Positions 12,433 through 27,145 of a stretch of 64,000 bases of DNA are shown here, in pieces. The DNA lies in contig OZ024742.1 of assembly GCA_964016885.1 (NCBI GenBank), positions 329,592,001 through 329,656,000 on the forward strand, read 5' to 3'. The translations under genes and the position numbers were made by a program. The notes under the pieces are model-generated. The model worked only from the letters and a program-made list of their open reading frames with translations, made no database searches and was not told the DNA's origin. Source of the stretch: Eledone cirrhosa. Its lineage: Eukaryota. Position 1 is the first letter of the stretch. Each line of letters starts with the position of its first letter.

Positions 12433-12562
12433 AGCACCAATCAACTTGGATTTCATAATGAATAAAACAATTGTAACAAATTGCAACAACAGATGACTTC
12501 ATGAAAATAATAATATTGCAAACAACGATAATAACATTAACGTTACGATGATGGTAATGATA

Positions 12563-12683
12563 CTTGTTTCTACTTTTGGCACAAGGCCCGCAATTAACCA
12601 GTGTATTACTGGTACTTTATTTTATCGACCCCGTAAGGATGAAAGGCAAAGTTAACCTCGGCGGGATTTGTACTCAGAATGGT
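12563..12683 (-). mobile_element. tRNA-derived SINE (5' truncated)
   Basis: Same family body. Confidence 0.75.
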
Positions 12684-12855
12684 AATGATAATGTTGATGT
12701 GGAGGCGGCGGTAGAGTAAGGACAATCATCGTCATCATTATCAGCAGCAGCAACAGTAATGTAATCAGCAGCAGTAGCAGTAACGGCACTAGCAGAGACA
12801 GCAGCAGCAACAGAAGCAGCGACAGTGACTATAGCAGCAGGATCACCAGCAGCGC

Positions 12856-13695
<840 letters not shown>

Positions 13696-15852
13696 TTACG
13701 TGTCACCTCACCTCCTCCCTTTTATTAACTTTATTGTTATGGTCGTTATCACTATAAAGCTATTTTTTACTTTTTGTAATGTTTCTTAGTAATTATTTTA
13801 AAGAAGACATGTTTTGCCCAGTAAAACTCCATAATACATTTTCCAAACAGATGTAACAAAATCGATATTGAAATATCGATCACTTTTCGAAAGACTAAAA
13901 TATGAAGCGAACTTCCAACACTCCCGCAAAAATATAAATAAAAACAATAGAAAGGAAACAAAATGGAATATAATATAACAAAATAATAAATATTTCATTT
14001 TATTCTGTCTTTCTTTGGTTCTAATTGGTGAGGGATGATAATGAAAGACAGCGTCTTTTCATTTTTTTTTTACTCCCGGAAGTTCCATGGCTTTTAATGC
14101 AGCTCATATTCATTTATTTTCCATATCAAAATTAACCTTCCCTTTTCGATAAGTTTTTCTCCTTTAAAATTAGTCCGTTTGAAATTTTCGTAGCCAACAA
14201 ATATTTTTGTTAAAAACCGTTAAAGAAAACACATACACAGTTTCGAAAATATGAATGTCCATTCATGCTCGATAAAAAAAAAATGAATGAAACAACACAA
14301 ACAAATTTTGTTATGAATGGATTAAACCTCAGTTCAATACACCTAGTTTCGTATTTGTGATATTTTCTAGAATGTTGATACTGCAGTCAATAGCACGCCA
14401 TCATTATAGCTATATTGTTTGCATGAGTGCACCGTTTACCTCCCCATGACACATTAAAAAAATATATTATAGAATGAAATCCATAATATGATAGCTACGT
14501 GGGAATTTCTGATAGGAAATTATTTATCCTGTGATATTCAGTACAATAACGATTATATCAATAAACCTTTAGATCTATCTTGCAATAAATTGTGACATAA
14601 ACGGCTCTTGTTGGTGTTGAGCTTAAGGTTAAAACCTGATAAAAACAGACTTAAAATGAAAACATGAAGGACGTGCTCATCCATTTATTTTAGGTTATAC
14701 TCTATTTATGAAATCAGTTTCTAGATCATATTTTCTCATTCAACCCTTTCCTGGCCGCATATCTAATGAAATCCACTTTATGCCAATTAATTAATGAAAG
14801 ATTTTGCGGAATAATCTAAAATTATTAATTATTTCATTACTATGGTAGTAACTTAACATGTGATTTTAACATAAAATTATTTTGGAAGATTTTATTTGAT
14901 ATAAGAACCAGCGTCATTATGAAAATAGTTGAAGAGGTCGATGTGATCTGATTAATATCTGAGGGATACTCCTTGAAGAGTCACAATACACATAGAAGAT
15001 CCGAACATTTGTTTGTATTAAATTCAGCCTTTTTATTCTTCTCGACATATTTCATACGGAATTCATAAACCGGCATCCGTTTCTTCAAGGTAAATTGTGT
15101 TTATTGATCACTTCCAGAATTTAGTTGCATGTCCTACAAAATTAATATTTTTAAAAACTATATTACAAAAAAACCGCACCGTCAAGCTCATATGTGCATA
15201 AAAGAGTGCCTGGACATACATAATGCATATATCAAGGTTGAAACTGCATTGCTTTGGTTTTTCTTAGATGAGAAGAAATGTTGGTAAGGACCAAAAGGTC
15301 AACTGAAGGAATAATAGAGGATTATACAGAGACACTAAAGACGTTGTACCTGTCATGCACACAATTTTTCCAGGAACTGTGGAGATTCTGGGAGTCGTGT
15401 TTCTACACTTCTTTCCGCAGGGCTTAATGGTCAAATGTTACTGAATAGGTGTTTGAGAGTTTTGTAATTCTTTGGAGTGAGACACTGGTAGCTAGCTAGA
15501 TAGGTAGAAGATAGATAGAGACTGCACAGTATGACCGCAGACCTACCAACATGAATCACGCATGGATGAGCTGCACTAGCCAATATCCCGTCAACCCTGC
15601 AAGCTCCCGAGACCTGAAACCGTTATAACGTAGTTGAAACGGAAATTAATAAACGCCTCCCTGACATTTTAAAATCCCAAAAGTCCGCCATAACTAGCAC
15701 AATGTACGAAATAGATAAATATTATCAGATTCGGGAATGTCGACGTTTCAGACATTGCTTTCTCAAATATAGCTCATGTTTCATGACTTATGCGTCTTTA
15801 ACTAAATTCATGTTAATGCCCTCAACGAATAGCGCAACTCATATCTATGTAA

Positions 15853-15910
<58 letters not shown>

Positions 15911-16122
15911 TTCGTTTCTGAATTTGTTTAACAAGATTCTTTATCTGAAATCGTGAGTTGAAACCGATATTGTTATACTTTGGGAGGGTCATGATGCCAA
16001 TAAGAAACACACGCACCAGTTGCTTTCACTTCAGTTTATTATAATAAATTTATAATAAATTTATAAATTTATAAATTTCTGGTTGGTTGGTTGGTTCCAC
16101 AACCAGATAGTTGTTTATATAT

Positions 16123-16167
16123 AGTCATAGTTCTTTCGTCACACACTCTGTGACCTCTTCAGTGACT
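16123..16167 (-). ncRNA. Minimal hammerhead ribozyme in the PLE2 3' UTR
   Basis: agtca CTGAAGA g gtcaca-gagtg-tgtgac GAAA GAACTA tgact; perfect stems I and II. Confidence 0.85.
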
Positions 16168-16367
16168 GGGGATTCCTTTCTTTGTTTCTGTGCCTCTCCT
16201 ATGTTCTGTCCTATGCCATTTTGTTTATGTGTGTGTGTTGTGTGCTCAGTCTGCGCATGCGCCACATCCGGGTGTCTGTGTGTGTTTATGTTCATTTATT
16301 TATTTGTTTATTTACATGTTACTGGTTGGTTGTTTGTTCTATGTGTGTGTGTGTTTTCATTTTGTCC

Positions 16368-18455
16368 TTAATTGTAAGTTGTGATATTGCTGTTCCACTC
16401 ATATTTTCTATTTAATTTTGGTTGTAATTCTTTTATGTTTATTGCCTCTGTAATTTGTCTAAGCATTACGTCTTTTCTGTGTGTAGCTTCTAGTTTTATT
16501 TCTATGTTCTCTAATTTACCCTTGTGTTCTATTTTAGCATGTTGGTAGAGTACAAATGATTCTTTATTATCTTGAAGGTCTCGCCAGTGTTCATTTATCC
16601 GTTCCCCTACACTACGAGCTGTCTCACCTATGTACACTATATTTTTGTCTCTACATTGTCCTTCAGTACATCTTATGCTATACACTACATTTCTAGTTTT
16701 ACAGTTAATATGGGGGCTTATTTTACAGGTTATACATTTCTTATCTATACATGAGGGTCTTTGAAAATGGTATGTCTTGCTAATAAGTGTTTTTACGGAG
16801 GTACCTGGTCTTTCTACTATCTTAATATTGAGTTTATGTTTATTTAGGGCCCTTCTAAATTTGTAAACTAATTCACCTCTAGGGGTTGTATCGATGAACA
16901 TTACACTCTGGTATTTATTGCTATCATACCATGAGTTTATTCTATTAGCCTTGTTCCTAGTTCTTTCTATTCTATTCCAAAATTTGCTCCTATACAAGGG
17001 GCAGGTCCCATTTATGTCATTATTTACCATTTTTTCCCATTTGGTTCTGGCTCCTCTATACACTCTGATTTTATCTCTCTGATTGTAGCCAGAGAACTGC
17101 ATACGGTGGATGAAGTGTTGTATGTGTCTCTCTAGTTCTTCGGGGTTGCCCATGCGGGACACATTTCTCATCACCCGTACCAAATCCGCAATCAGTATGT
17201 TGATTTTGGTATGGTCCGAAACGGCCGAGTTTCGGTGGATCAGATGTTTGGAAGTCATGAGTTTGGTATAATGGGAATGAAGGATTTGTTTTTTGTTGTT
17301 AATGGTATCTAACCAGAGCTCTGTGTCTAATACAGGTAATCGATGGTTGGGGTGTTTACTTGGGTAGTCTATAGTAAATCTAATGCTCTGGTGGATGGAG
17401 TTTGCTATTTGCTGGATGCTTTCCATTGTGTTTTTCTCTAGTTCCTGACTGTTCTCTAGTGGGGGTGTCTTAACTATGATGTTTATATTATCTACGTAGC
17501 AGGAGTACATTATCAGGGTTAAGGGGTCTTCTAATTGTTCTTTAAGTTTAAATTTAAGTCTACTGTCCCACCATAGCATGAATAAGTTAGCTATGTTGCC
17601 TGCAATACTAACACCAATGGCTGCTCCTTCCTCTTGGGCATATGTTTTTCCATTAAATTTGAACATATGTTCCTTAAGGGTTAGTTTTATGCTGGCCCCT
17701 ACCGCATGTGCAATCATTTTCTTCAGTTCATCGTGGTTTTCGGGTGACCGTATGGCTCTGGTCCACCCGTTCCATCTATCTGTGTGGGTTTTCTTGGCCA
17801 TTGCGGTAATGGTAGGTGGTCTGCCGCTTGCTGGTCTTGTAGGGCACAGGTTGCTAAGGTCATATGTGTCTAGGTAATTATTCCTATAGGTAAGCTTAAG
17901 TAGGAGTCCCAGCTCACTGGTATCAATCCCACGGAACACAACCTTGCTCTCACTGATCATCTCTACGCATTTCTCCACAGCAAAATCCACGTCAATAGAT
18001 GGATACAGGGACACAACATCCATACTGCCTATTATGCAGTTTGTTAGTTCCCCAGATCGGTTACTCACGCTGATTCTGCTGAGGAGGTCCTCCGTGCTGT
18101 CACATACATCTGGGGACATTTCAATGATGGGGCGTATGATCAGGGAGAGGAAGTAGGACAGTCTGTAGTTACTAGCAATGTTAGCTCCACAGACTGGCCG
18201 TGTTGGTGGTCCCGCGACAGGGTCACAGCCCGTTTTAAGGTCTTTTCGAAGCCCATACAATGCCGGCACGTCAGTGTTCCAGGCCTGGAAGTTGTTGGCA
18301 GTCCTTTTGTTGGGCTGCATTATATTCGTCCACATCACCATATGGGCATTGAGGGCCTTTTCTCTATCCTCATGCTCCTGTTGTGTTACCTCTCTTGTGT
18401 TAGTGATGTGGGGTTGCATTGCTTGGATGTAGTTTGGCAGGCTGTCAACCGACAT
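16368..18455 (-). pseudogene. PLE2 RT + GIY-YIG (N-terminus frameshifted; YVDN active site)
   Basis: LYGLRKD, RPVCGA, GSMDVVSLYPSI, GAAIG, YVDN, LPVLD; Cys linker; NVVY..YIGETARS..ER..EH. Confidence 0.9.
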
Positions 18456-20854
18456 TCTGCCAGACTTGTCTGTTGGAAAGCATGCTATCTCTCCATTACG
18501 TCAGCGCTGCATGAGCTTACGCAAGCCATTTGCATATTTTTCTCCCAGCTTATGGGCCTCAATTCTATTATGCTTCTTGCTATACTGTTCTATAATATTT
18601 ATAAGTTCGGATCTAGCTATACTAAATTGTGCTTCTGTTTGTTCATCGACCTGCGACGGCAATTGCGTGCGTTTGTTAAATGGTAAAGTCGTGGCATGGA
18701 CGTCGCAGGTCAAATGATTTATCGGAGGGATTATAAAACGTAGAGTTCGAGGCTGCTGCTTTATATGTACTAGTGCTATTGTTATTGTTAGTTGTGTCGT
18801 TTCTATTTCTATTTTCACCAACAGCCTCATGGTTGTTTCTATGTCTCTCACAATTACTCCTGTCTCTTTCCACTGGCCCATTGTTGTTATCTACCCTATT
18901 TTGTGTGTCTGTGTGTTCGTCTTGGTTATTGTCTTTGTCCTTAGTCTCCCTTCTCTTTTTAATCCTATTACTTTCCCTTATTTCTGTAATTTCTGTGCTA
19001 CTGTCATTACTTGTTTTCTGTGTCTGTGTGTTTGTTAAGATTGTGGTGGTGGTGAGAGGCATTGAATGTGTGTGTGTTGTCGTTGTTGATGTGTGCTGTT
19101 GTTGATGTGTGTTGTTGTTGTCTCCGTGTGTGTTATTGTTGTGTGTGTTGTTATTGTTGTTTGTGTCTGCGTGTCTGTTGTTGTTGTTTCTGGGTATGTT
19201 GTTATTGTTGTTGTTGTTGGTGTGTGTGTTGTTGTTATTGTTGTTTGTGTCTGTGTGTCTGTTGTGGTTGGGATGTGCGTTGTATATGTGTGTGCGTATA
19301 TTGTTGCTTTTGTTTTTGTTTTTGTTTTTGAGGCTCCAGCATAGTTTTGTAAATGATTTTTCTATTTCTGACATACAACTAATCAAATTTACCTTCTTGA
19401 ATGTCGCAAATTTCGGGGGTAAACATAACACAGACATCTCATCGTCACTATTCTTGTGTTACCATATATATTTGTGTTGTTGTTGTTGTTGTTGAACTCT
19501 TCTGTTAATGAGGTGTCGGTCATATTTATACCGTCAATTTTGTCGGGATATCTATTGGTATTCTCTATAGTATCCTGATTTAGCTTTATCTGCTTAAGCC
19601 ACTTTAGTTTCTTGTTAAAGTGCTTATCACATTCTTGAGTTATGTACTGTTCTTCAGGGCGTATAAGGCTTATAAATATTAGTTTCTCTCTTGGTGTGGT
19701 GATCCTAGCTATTTCTTGTATTAGGTTACGCTTATGTTTTTCTTGATGACTTAATTCTCTATTGATCTTCTTTTTTATGTTTAGAATTAATGTTCGTTTT
19801 AGCCTATCTGCTTCTTTTTTGGTGAGTTGTAATCTTCTAACGTCGGTGTTGATGGTGTGGGTGTAAACTCGGGATGAGCCACATTCTTTTATGAAGTGTA
19901 GTTGTCGAGATGTTATGGTTTTTCGTAGACAACAGAACATGGTGGTTTTCAGTATCTTGTTAGCATGGCTAAGCTGGAGCCTCAAAAACAAAAACAAAAA
20001 CAAAAGCAACAATATACGCACACACATATACAACACACATCCCAACAACAACAGACACACAGACACAAACAACAATAACAACAACACACACACAACAACA
20101 ACAACAATAACAACATACCCAGAAACAACAACAACAGACACGCAGACACAAACAACAATAACAACACACACAACAATAACACACACGGAGACAACAACAA
20201 TACACATCAACAACAGGACACATCAACAACAACAACACACATTCAATGCCTCTCACCACCACCACAATCTTAACAAACACACAGACACAGAAAACAAGTA
20301 ATGACAGTAGCACAGAAATCACAGGAATAAGGGAAAGTAATAGGATTAAAAGGAGAAGGGAGACTAAGGACAAAGAGAATAACCAAGACGAACACACAGA
20401 CACACAAAATAGGATAGATAACAACAATGAGCCAGTGGAAAGAGACAGGAGTAATTGTGAGAGACATAGAAACAACCATGAGGCTGTTGGTGGACATAGA
20501 AATAGAAACAACACAACTAACAATAACAATAGCACTAGTACACATAAAACAGCAGCCTCGAACTCTACGTTTTATAATCCCTCCGATAAATCGTTCGACC
20601 TGCGACGAGTCCACGCCACGACTTTACCATTTAACAAACGCACGCAATTGCCGTCGCACGTCGATGAACAAACAGAAGCACAATCTGGTATAGCTAGATC
20701 CGAACTTAGAAATATTATAGAACAGTATATCAAGAAGCATAATGGAATGGAGGCCCAGTAGCTGAGAGAAAAATCTGCAAATGGCTTGCGTAAGCTCATG
20801 CAGCGCTGACGTAATGGAGAGATAGCATGCTTTCCAACAGACAAGTCTGGCAGA

Positions 20855-22943
20855 ATGTCGGTTGACAGCCTGCCAAACTACATCCAGGCAATGCAACCCC
20901 ACATCACTAACACAAGAGAGGTAACACAACAAGAGCATGAGGATAGAGAAAAGGCCCTCAATGCCCATATGGTGATGTGGACGAATATAATGCAGCTCAA
21001 CAAAAGGACTGCCAACAACTTCCAGGCCTGGAACAATGACGTGCCGGCGTTGTATTGGCTTCGAAAAGACCATAAAACGGGGTGTGACCCTGTCGCGGGA
21101 CCACCAACACGGCCAGTCTGTGGAGCTAACATTGCTAGTAACTACAGACTGTCCTACTTCCTCTCCCTGATCATACGCCCCATCATTGAAATGTCCCCAG
21201 ATGTATGTGACAGCACGGAGGACCTCCTCAGCAGAATCAGCGTGAGTAACCGATCTGGGGACCTAACAAACTGCATAATAGGTAGTATGGATGTTGTGTC
21301 CCTGTATCCATCTATTGACGTGGATTTTGCTGTGGAGAAATGCGTAGAGAGGATCAGTGAGAGCAAGGTTGTGTTCCGTGGGATTGATACCAGTGAGCTG
21401 GGACTCCTACTTAAGCTTACCTATAGGAATAATTACCTAGACGCATATGACCTTAGCAACCTGTGCCCTACAAGACCAGCAAGAAGCAGACCACCTACCA
21501 TTACCTCAATGGCCAAGAAAACCCACACAGATAGATGGAACGGGTGGACCAGAGCCATACGGACACCCGAAAACCACGATGAACTGAAGAAAATGATTGC
21601 ACATGCGGTAGGGGCCAGCATAAAACTAAACCTTAAGGAACATATGTTCAAATTTAATGGAAAAACATATGCCCAAGAGGAAGGCGCAGCCATTGGTGTT
21701 AGTATTGCAGGCAACATAGCTAACTTATTCATGCTATGGTGGGACAGAAGACTTAAATTTAAACTTAAAGAACAATTAGAAGACCCCTTAACCCTGATAA
21801 TGTACTCCCGCTACGTAGATAATATAAACATCGTAGTTAAGACACCCCCACTAGAGAACAGTCAGGAACTAGTGAAAAACACAATGGAAAGCATCCAGCA
21901 AATAGAAAACTCCATCCACCAGAGCATTAGAGTTACTATAGACTACCCAAATAAACACCCCAAACAACGATTACCTGTACTAGACACAGAGCTCTGGTTA
22001 GATACCATTAAAAAAAAAAAACAAATCCTCCATTCCCATTATGCCAAACCCATGACTTCCAAACATCTGATCCACCGAAACTCGGCCGTTTCGGACCATA
22101 CCAAAATCAACATACTGATTGCGGATTTGGTACGGGTGATGAGAAATGTGTCCCGCATTGTGCAACCCCGAAGAACTAGAGAGACACATACAACACTTCA
22201 TCCACCGTATGCAGTTCTCTGGCTACAATCAGAGAGATAAAATCAGAGTTTATAGAGGAGCCAGAACCAAATGGGAAAAAATGGTAAATAATGACATAAA
22301 TGGGACCTGCCCCTTGTATAGGAGCAAATTTTGGAATAGAATAGAAAGAACTAGGAACAAGGCTAATAGAATGAACTCATTGTATGATAGCAATAAATAC
22401 CAGAGTGTAATGTTCATCGATACAACCCCTAGAGGTGAATTAGCTTACAGATTTAGAAGGGCCCTAAATAAACATAAACTCAATATTAAGATAGTACAAA
22501 GACCAGGTACCTCCGTAAAAACACTTATTAGCAAAACATACCCTTTTCAAAGACCCTTATGTATAGACAAGAAATGTATAACCTGTAAAATAAGCCCCCA
22601 TATTAACTGTAAAACTAGAAATGTAGTGTATAGCATAAGATGTACTGAAGGACAATGTAGAGACAAAAATATAGTGTACATAGGTGAGACAGCTCGTAGT
22701 GTAGGGGAACGGATAAATGAACACTGGCGAGACCTTCAAGATAATAAAGAATCATCTGTACTCTACCAACATGCTAAAATAGAACACAAAGGTAAATTAG
22801 AGAACATAGAAATAAAAATAGAATCTACACACAGAAAAGACGTAATGTTTAGACAAATTACAGAGGCAATAAACATAAAAGAATTACAACCAAAATTAAA
22901 TAGAAAATATGAGTGGAACAGCAACATCACAACTTACAATTAA
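20855..22943 (+). pseudogene. PLE2 RT + GIY-YIG, frameshifted near 22157
   Basis: ORFs 20855-22240 and 22146-22943 together match the 695-aa left ORF; stop at ~20758 upstream. Confidence 0.9.
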
Positions 22944-23143
22944 GGACAAAATGAAAACACACACACACATAGAACAAACAACCAACCAGTAACATGTAAA
23001 TAAACAAATAAATAAATGAACATACACACACACAGACACCCGGATGTGGCGCATGCGCAGACTGAGCACACAACACACACACAGAAACAAAATGGCGTAG
23101 GACAGAACAAAGGAGAGGCACAGAAACAAAGAAGGGAATCCCC

Positions 23144-23188
23144 AGTCACTGAAGAGGTCACAGAGTGTGTGATGAAAGAACTATGACT
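23144..23188 (+). ncRNA. Minimal hammerhead ribozyme in the PLE2 right copy
   Basis: As 16123-16167, with G-C changed to G-U in stem II. Confidence 0.85.
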
Positions 23189-23336
23189 ATATATAAACAA
23201 CTATCTGGTTGTGGAACCAACCAACCAACCAGAAATTTATAAATTTATAAATTTATTATAAATTTATTATAATAAACTGAAGTGAAAGCAACTGGTGCGT
23301 GTGTTTCTTATTGGCAACATGACCCTCCCAAAGTAT

Positions 23337-23406
<70 letters not shown>

Positions 23407-23532
23407 GAATCTGTCGTCTGGGCGTATAAAATATATATATATATAACGAAAAAGTTGCCGTAAGGAACCAGATGGACCATAACGCACCAGAGTACTCTAT
23501 ACTTAGAGTATTAGAGTGGGTAATAGGAGAAA

Positions 23533-23631
23533 GTATGACCCCGACGGCAGAGCTCAAGCTCCTTCGACGGCTATTTCTGGACGCCAAAAATAGCCGTCGA
23601 GACGGCTTGAGCTCTGCCGTCGGGGTCATAC
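23533..23631. repeat. GC-rich near-perfect palindrome; related non-palindromic copy at ~62-205
   Basis: gtatgaccccgacggcagagctcaagc...gcttgagctctgccgtcggggtcatac. Confidence 0.9.
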
Positions 23632-24320
23632 ATGGGGCTTGGGGACATGAACCGAATGCTTCCATTCTATTTTATATCAATGTGAACTGCTATTTCTAAT
23701 GGCCATCTTTTCACCCCTTGATAATTTGTGTGTGAGACACATTGGCTGAGACTTTCGACAGGAACGAAAAGATTGATTCTTTTTAGCTTCCCGTCCCCAC
23801 GTAGAATTTATAAATCAGTGGCTGGTTGAGAGATAGAGTCCTATCGGGTGCCAGTTGCTAATAGCTTTAACGTGTCAGTCGTCACAAACAGTCATGGCCG
23901 GCATAGACTGGTCATGGGATTCTGTCGATCGATTGGTTATTGATTAGGCGATACCCGCTGATGAAGCCGCATAAGCCGTTGGTGCATCGTTGCATAATAT
24001 ATGCAGACAGATGGGGCAGTGCACCTTACTGCTACATTAGTGCGGCAGAAACTCGAGTCCGGGAACCTTATAGTCACCCGTTTTACATGTGTTGTGTTGA
24101 AGCAAATAACTTTGAGCATACTCTGGTAATATATCTTATATTGCCCATGGAGTGCGCTGATATACAACCGGTACTGGCATTGATAAATATGGTGGGTCCG
24201 TCAACCCTTATTATATATATATATATATGTGTGGAGAGAGAGAGAGATAGATAGAGAGAGAGAGAAGGAGGGGGAGATAGATAGATAGTGAGAGAGAGAA
24301 GGAGGGGGAGAGATAGATAG

Positions 24321-24417
<97 letters not shown>

Positions 24418-24458
24418 GAGAGAGAGAGAGAAATAGTAAGATAAATAGATAGATAGCC

Positions 24459-24572
24459 AGTAATACGATGAATTGATCAGCGGCAAACAACTGTATTTAA
24501 GGTCGAGTGACGCAACTTCTAGTGATTAGCCGCCTTTAGACTCACCTGATCAATGAAACTATTGTTAATACT
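24459..24572 (+). ncRNA. Degenerate hammerhead with long stem II (same family as 37599-37694)
   Basis: CGATGA attgatcag...ctgatcaat GAAA CTATTG TT aatact. Confidence 0.6.
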
Positions 24573-26748
24573 ATAAATAAACCCCTTTTTGTTCAGCCGA
24601 CCATGTTATTCTTCAATATTTCAATACTATAGATAGATCGATATAGATAGATATAGATATATACGCCCAGACAACTGATTCACACATTCAGTTTGAATTG
24701 TATTCCTTTCTAAAGAAGTTTTTGTTATTTCATATATCGAGAGGTTATGGCTAAATATTCAATATGTGAATTTCCCGCAAGAAGTAATGTGGTTGTGGAA
24801 AACTAGACTATTAGTATCATACCATTGTGAAGCCTCTCCTATCACACTGTGATTTATTTTTCATTTTGTAACACTCGTACACATGGGCTTCGTATACCGC
24901 TCGAAATTTAAGAGAGCGATGCCGTTAATAAACCTCTTATGGTCTTGGATGTCAATTCCTTTTGGAAAGATTGGCATTCTGAGCAGATGTGTTGATGCAA
25001 AATATACAGAAAACTTGAAGAAGTCGTATTTTCGTTCTGAATTAAAACTTTGCTGAAATAAGCATTGATTTTTATTCCTAAATTTATATTACGTTATTCT
25101 AATGTTTGAAATCAATACGAAAAGACTGAATGTTAATACAATATTGAAGGAAAACAAATCAGAATGAACTATATTTTGTACAGAATATAAAAATGTACGC
25201 GGATTATATTCAAAAAGAAAACAAATCCTAAGCTAAGATTTTGCTTCAGCCTTTTATGTCTAAAACCACCACGGATACATAATACGATGGAGCATGTTCA
25301 TTCAATCTCGGGTGATAAATGGAATGATGTGCTTAAAAGAAGATAAAATGTAATACAAAAAGTAAATACAAATTTAATACAACTAAATACAAAGCAAATA
25401 TGATGTCAACGGATTGAGCAACTACATCCTATCCTGTGTGAAACTGAAAAATGCTGACATGATGGAAAATCATTCAGATATAATTCTTAATGGAAATGCA
25501 ACAGCCCTTCTCTGAATTAAAATACTGTTATTTCAGGAGCTGAAGAACAAGGAACAATGTTGAGGCTGTTTCTAAGTAAGATACGTATTTGCCATTGACT
25601 CTATTCTGGGATACTGAGATGTGTGAAGCTATACGACATATGTAATGGAATACAAAATGTCAAGAAGGGCAACAAGGTGGCATGCGGTCAAACATCATTT
25701 GGGTAAATTCAAATTGAAATAATCATTTGCTTTAGTATTACCTGTCAGGCGGTCAGAATAGAAAGGAAGAGAATTGGAACGGTTCTTGTTGAAAAGATAG
25801 TGGAGTAACAAACGATATTAAAACACTGAGAGTGGATAAGGTACAATAAAACAACAGTAAAGTAGAGATACAATATATACACGCATGTCCACCAGTGATA
25901 GAAATCCATTAAAATGAGAACTGTTCGTGCGTGAATACTGAAACAGAATATAAGAGCATCTACTTTTCCCGAGTTATTTCAATTACATTCCAAACGCAAA
26001 AGTAATCTTAGATGATACGAAATTGGGGAAAGATTTCAATTTTGCTTTTTTATTATTATTATTTTGAGTAGGACCCTTAGAGGGATTTCGTTCATATTCA
26101 CACAACCCTCACTCATTTTGAGAATGTTAAATCACTCATTTAGGTGGCCAGACGCTGCGACTAATTCTCCACCTGCAAATGTATCAATACGGCCGCCACA
26201 CTAGCTGGAGGAGATTAGGTATCCAGGGGCCCGTGTTCAGAATTGATGGAAGGTAGGAGACTGAACTAAGTGCAATAATTGCAGGAGCTTGTGAAGTAAT
26301 ACGTCAGCTCTAGCATTCGGTAACCAGAATAATGGGATAAGTATAAATGCCAAACACACTATAGCCATGCATATTGAAAAATGATCGAAAAAATGCGATC
26401 TGTTATACAAATGGCCGAAATAGGGTTCATCAGAAGGGTCGTCGGAGAAATGTTACTCGACATAGTACGTATTTCAATCAGAAAGTCACACCAGTTATGG
26501 CCGCTTATTCCTACGAATTCAGAGATCAAAGCAACGGTACTATGGGCATGTCGTTAGAATGTCTTAGGGAAGCATCGTTAGAGAAATCTTACAGGCAAAG
26601 CCATAGGTAGAACCCAAGCAAGATGGTTAGATAACATCCATGAGCTCGGCTGGTCTCACTTGGGGATCCAGCCGGACCAGTTTGAAGCGGTGGCTTCTTA
26701 TGGACCCGATGGATGGTGTGTTTCAGGACATTTTCCCAGAACCCTCTC

Positions 26749-26899
<151 letters not shown>

Positions 26900-27145
26900 T
26901 TTCTTTATTAACCACAAGGGTTTACATAAAGTAGACATTAAGGACAGTGCAGGACAATGCAGGACGGTACAAATGGGCATTTCTGCGTGTAAAAAACAAA
27001 AACAGGATGTAACAAAAAATAACAATGAAAAATTCCCCAATAGGGGGGAGACTTCGGAGGGACATTTGTGGAGAAAGCCCAGTAAAAAGCCACAATGACC
27101 CTGACCACCAAGGCAAGTGCCCTCTCCCAGTTTTCCACCTTTAAT

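Larger units (their letters stand above)
15908..19968 (-). mobile_element. Penelope-like retroelement 2, left (longer) copy
   Basis: ORF 16368-18455 plus frameshifted upstream pieces (SVLCLPPKF, PTDKSG); HHR in the 3' UTR; ends in (TA)n. Confidence 0.92.
19969..23344 (+). mobile_element. Penelope-like retroelement 2, right (inverted) copy
   Basis: Reverse complement of ~15967-19343. Confidence 0.92.

Noticed and set aside
15725-15835. GAAACGTCGAC motif on the minus strand
   Set aside because: No CUGANGA or stem I found
18773-20614. Cys/Val/Leu-rich ORFs
   Set aside because: Antisense readings of the AAC/CAC low-complexity PLE2 region
24650-26100. Possible small host exons (for example 25536-25574)
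   Set aside because: Splice-like dinucleotides only; no recognisable protein similarity or consistent frame
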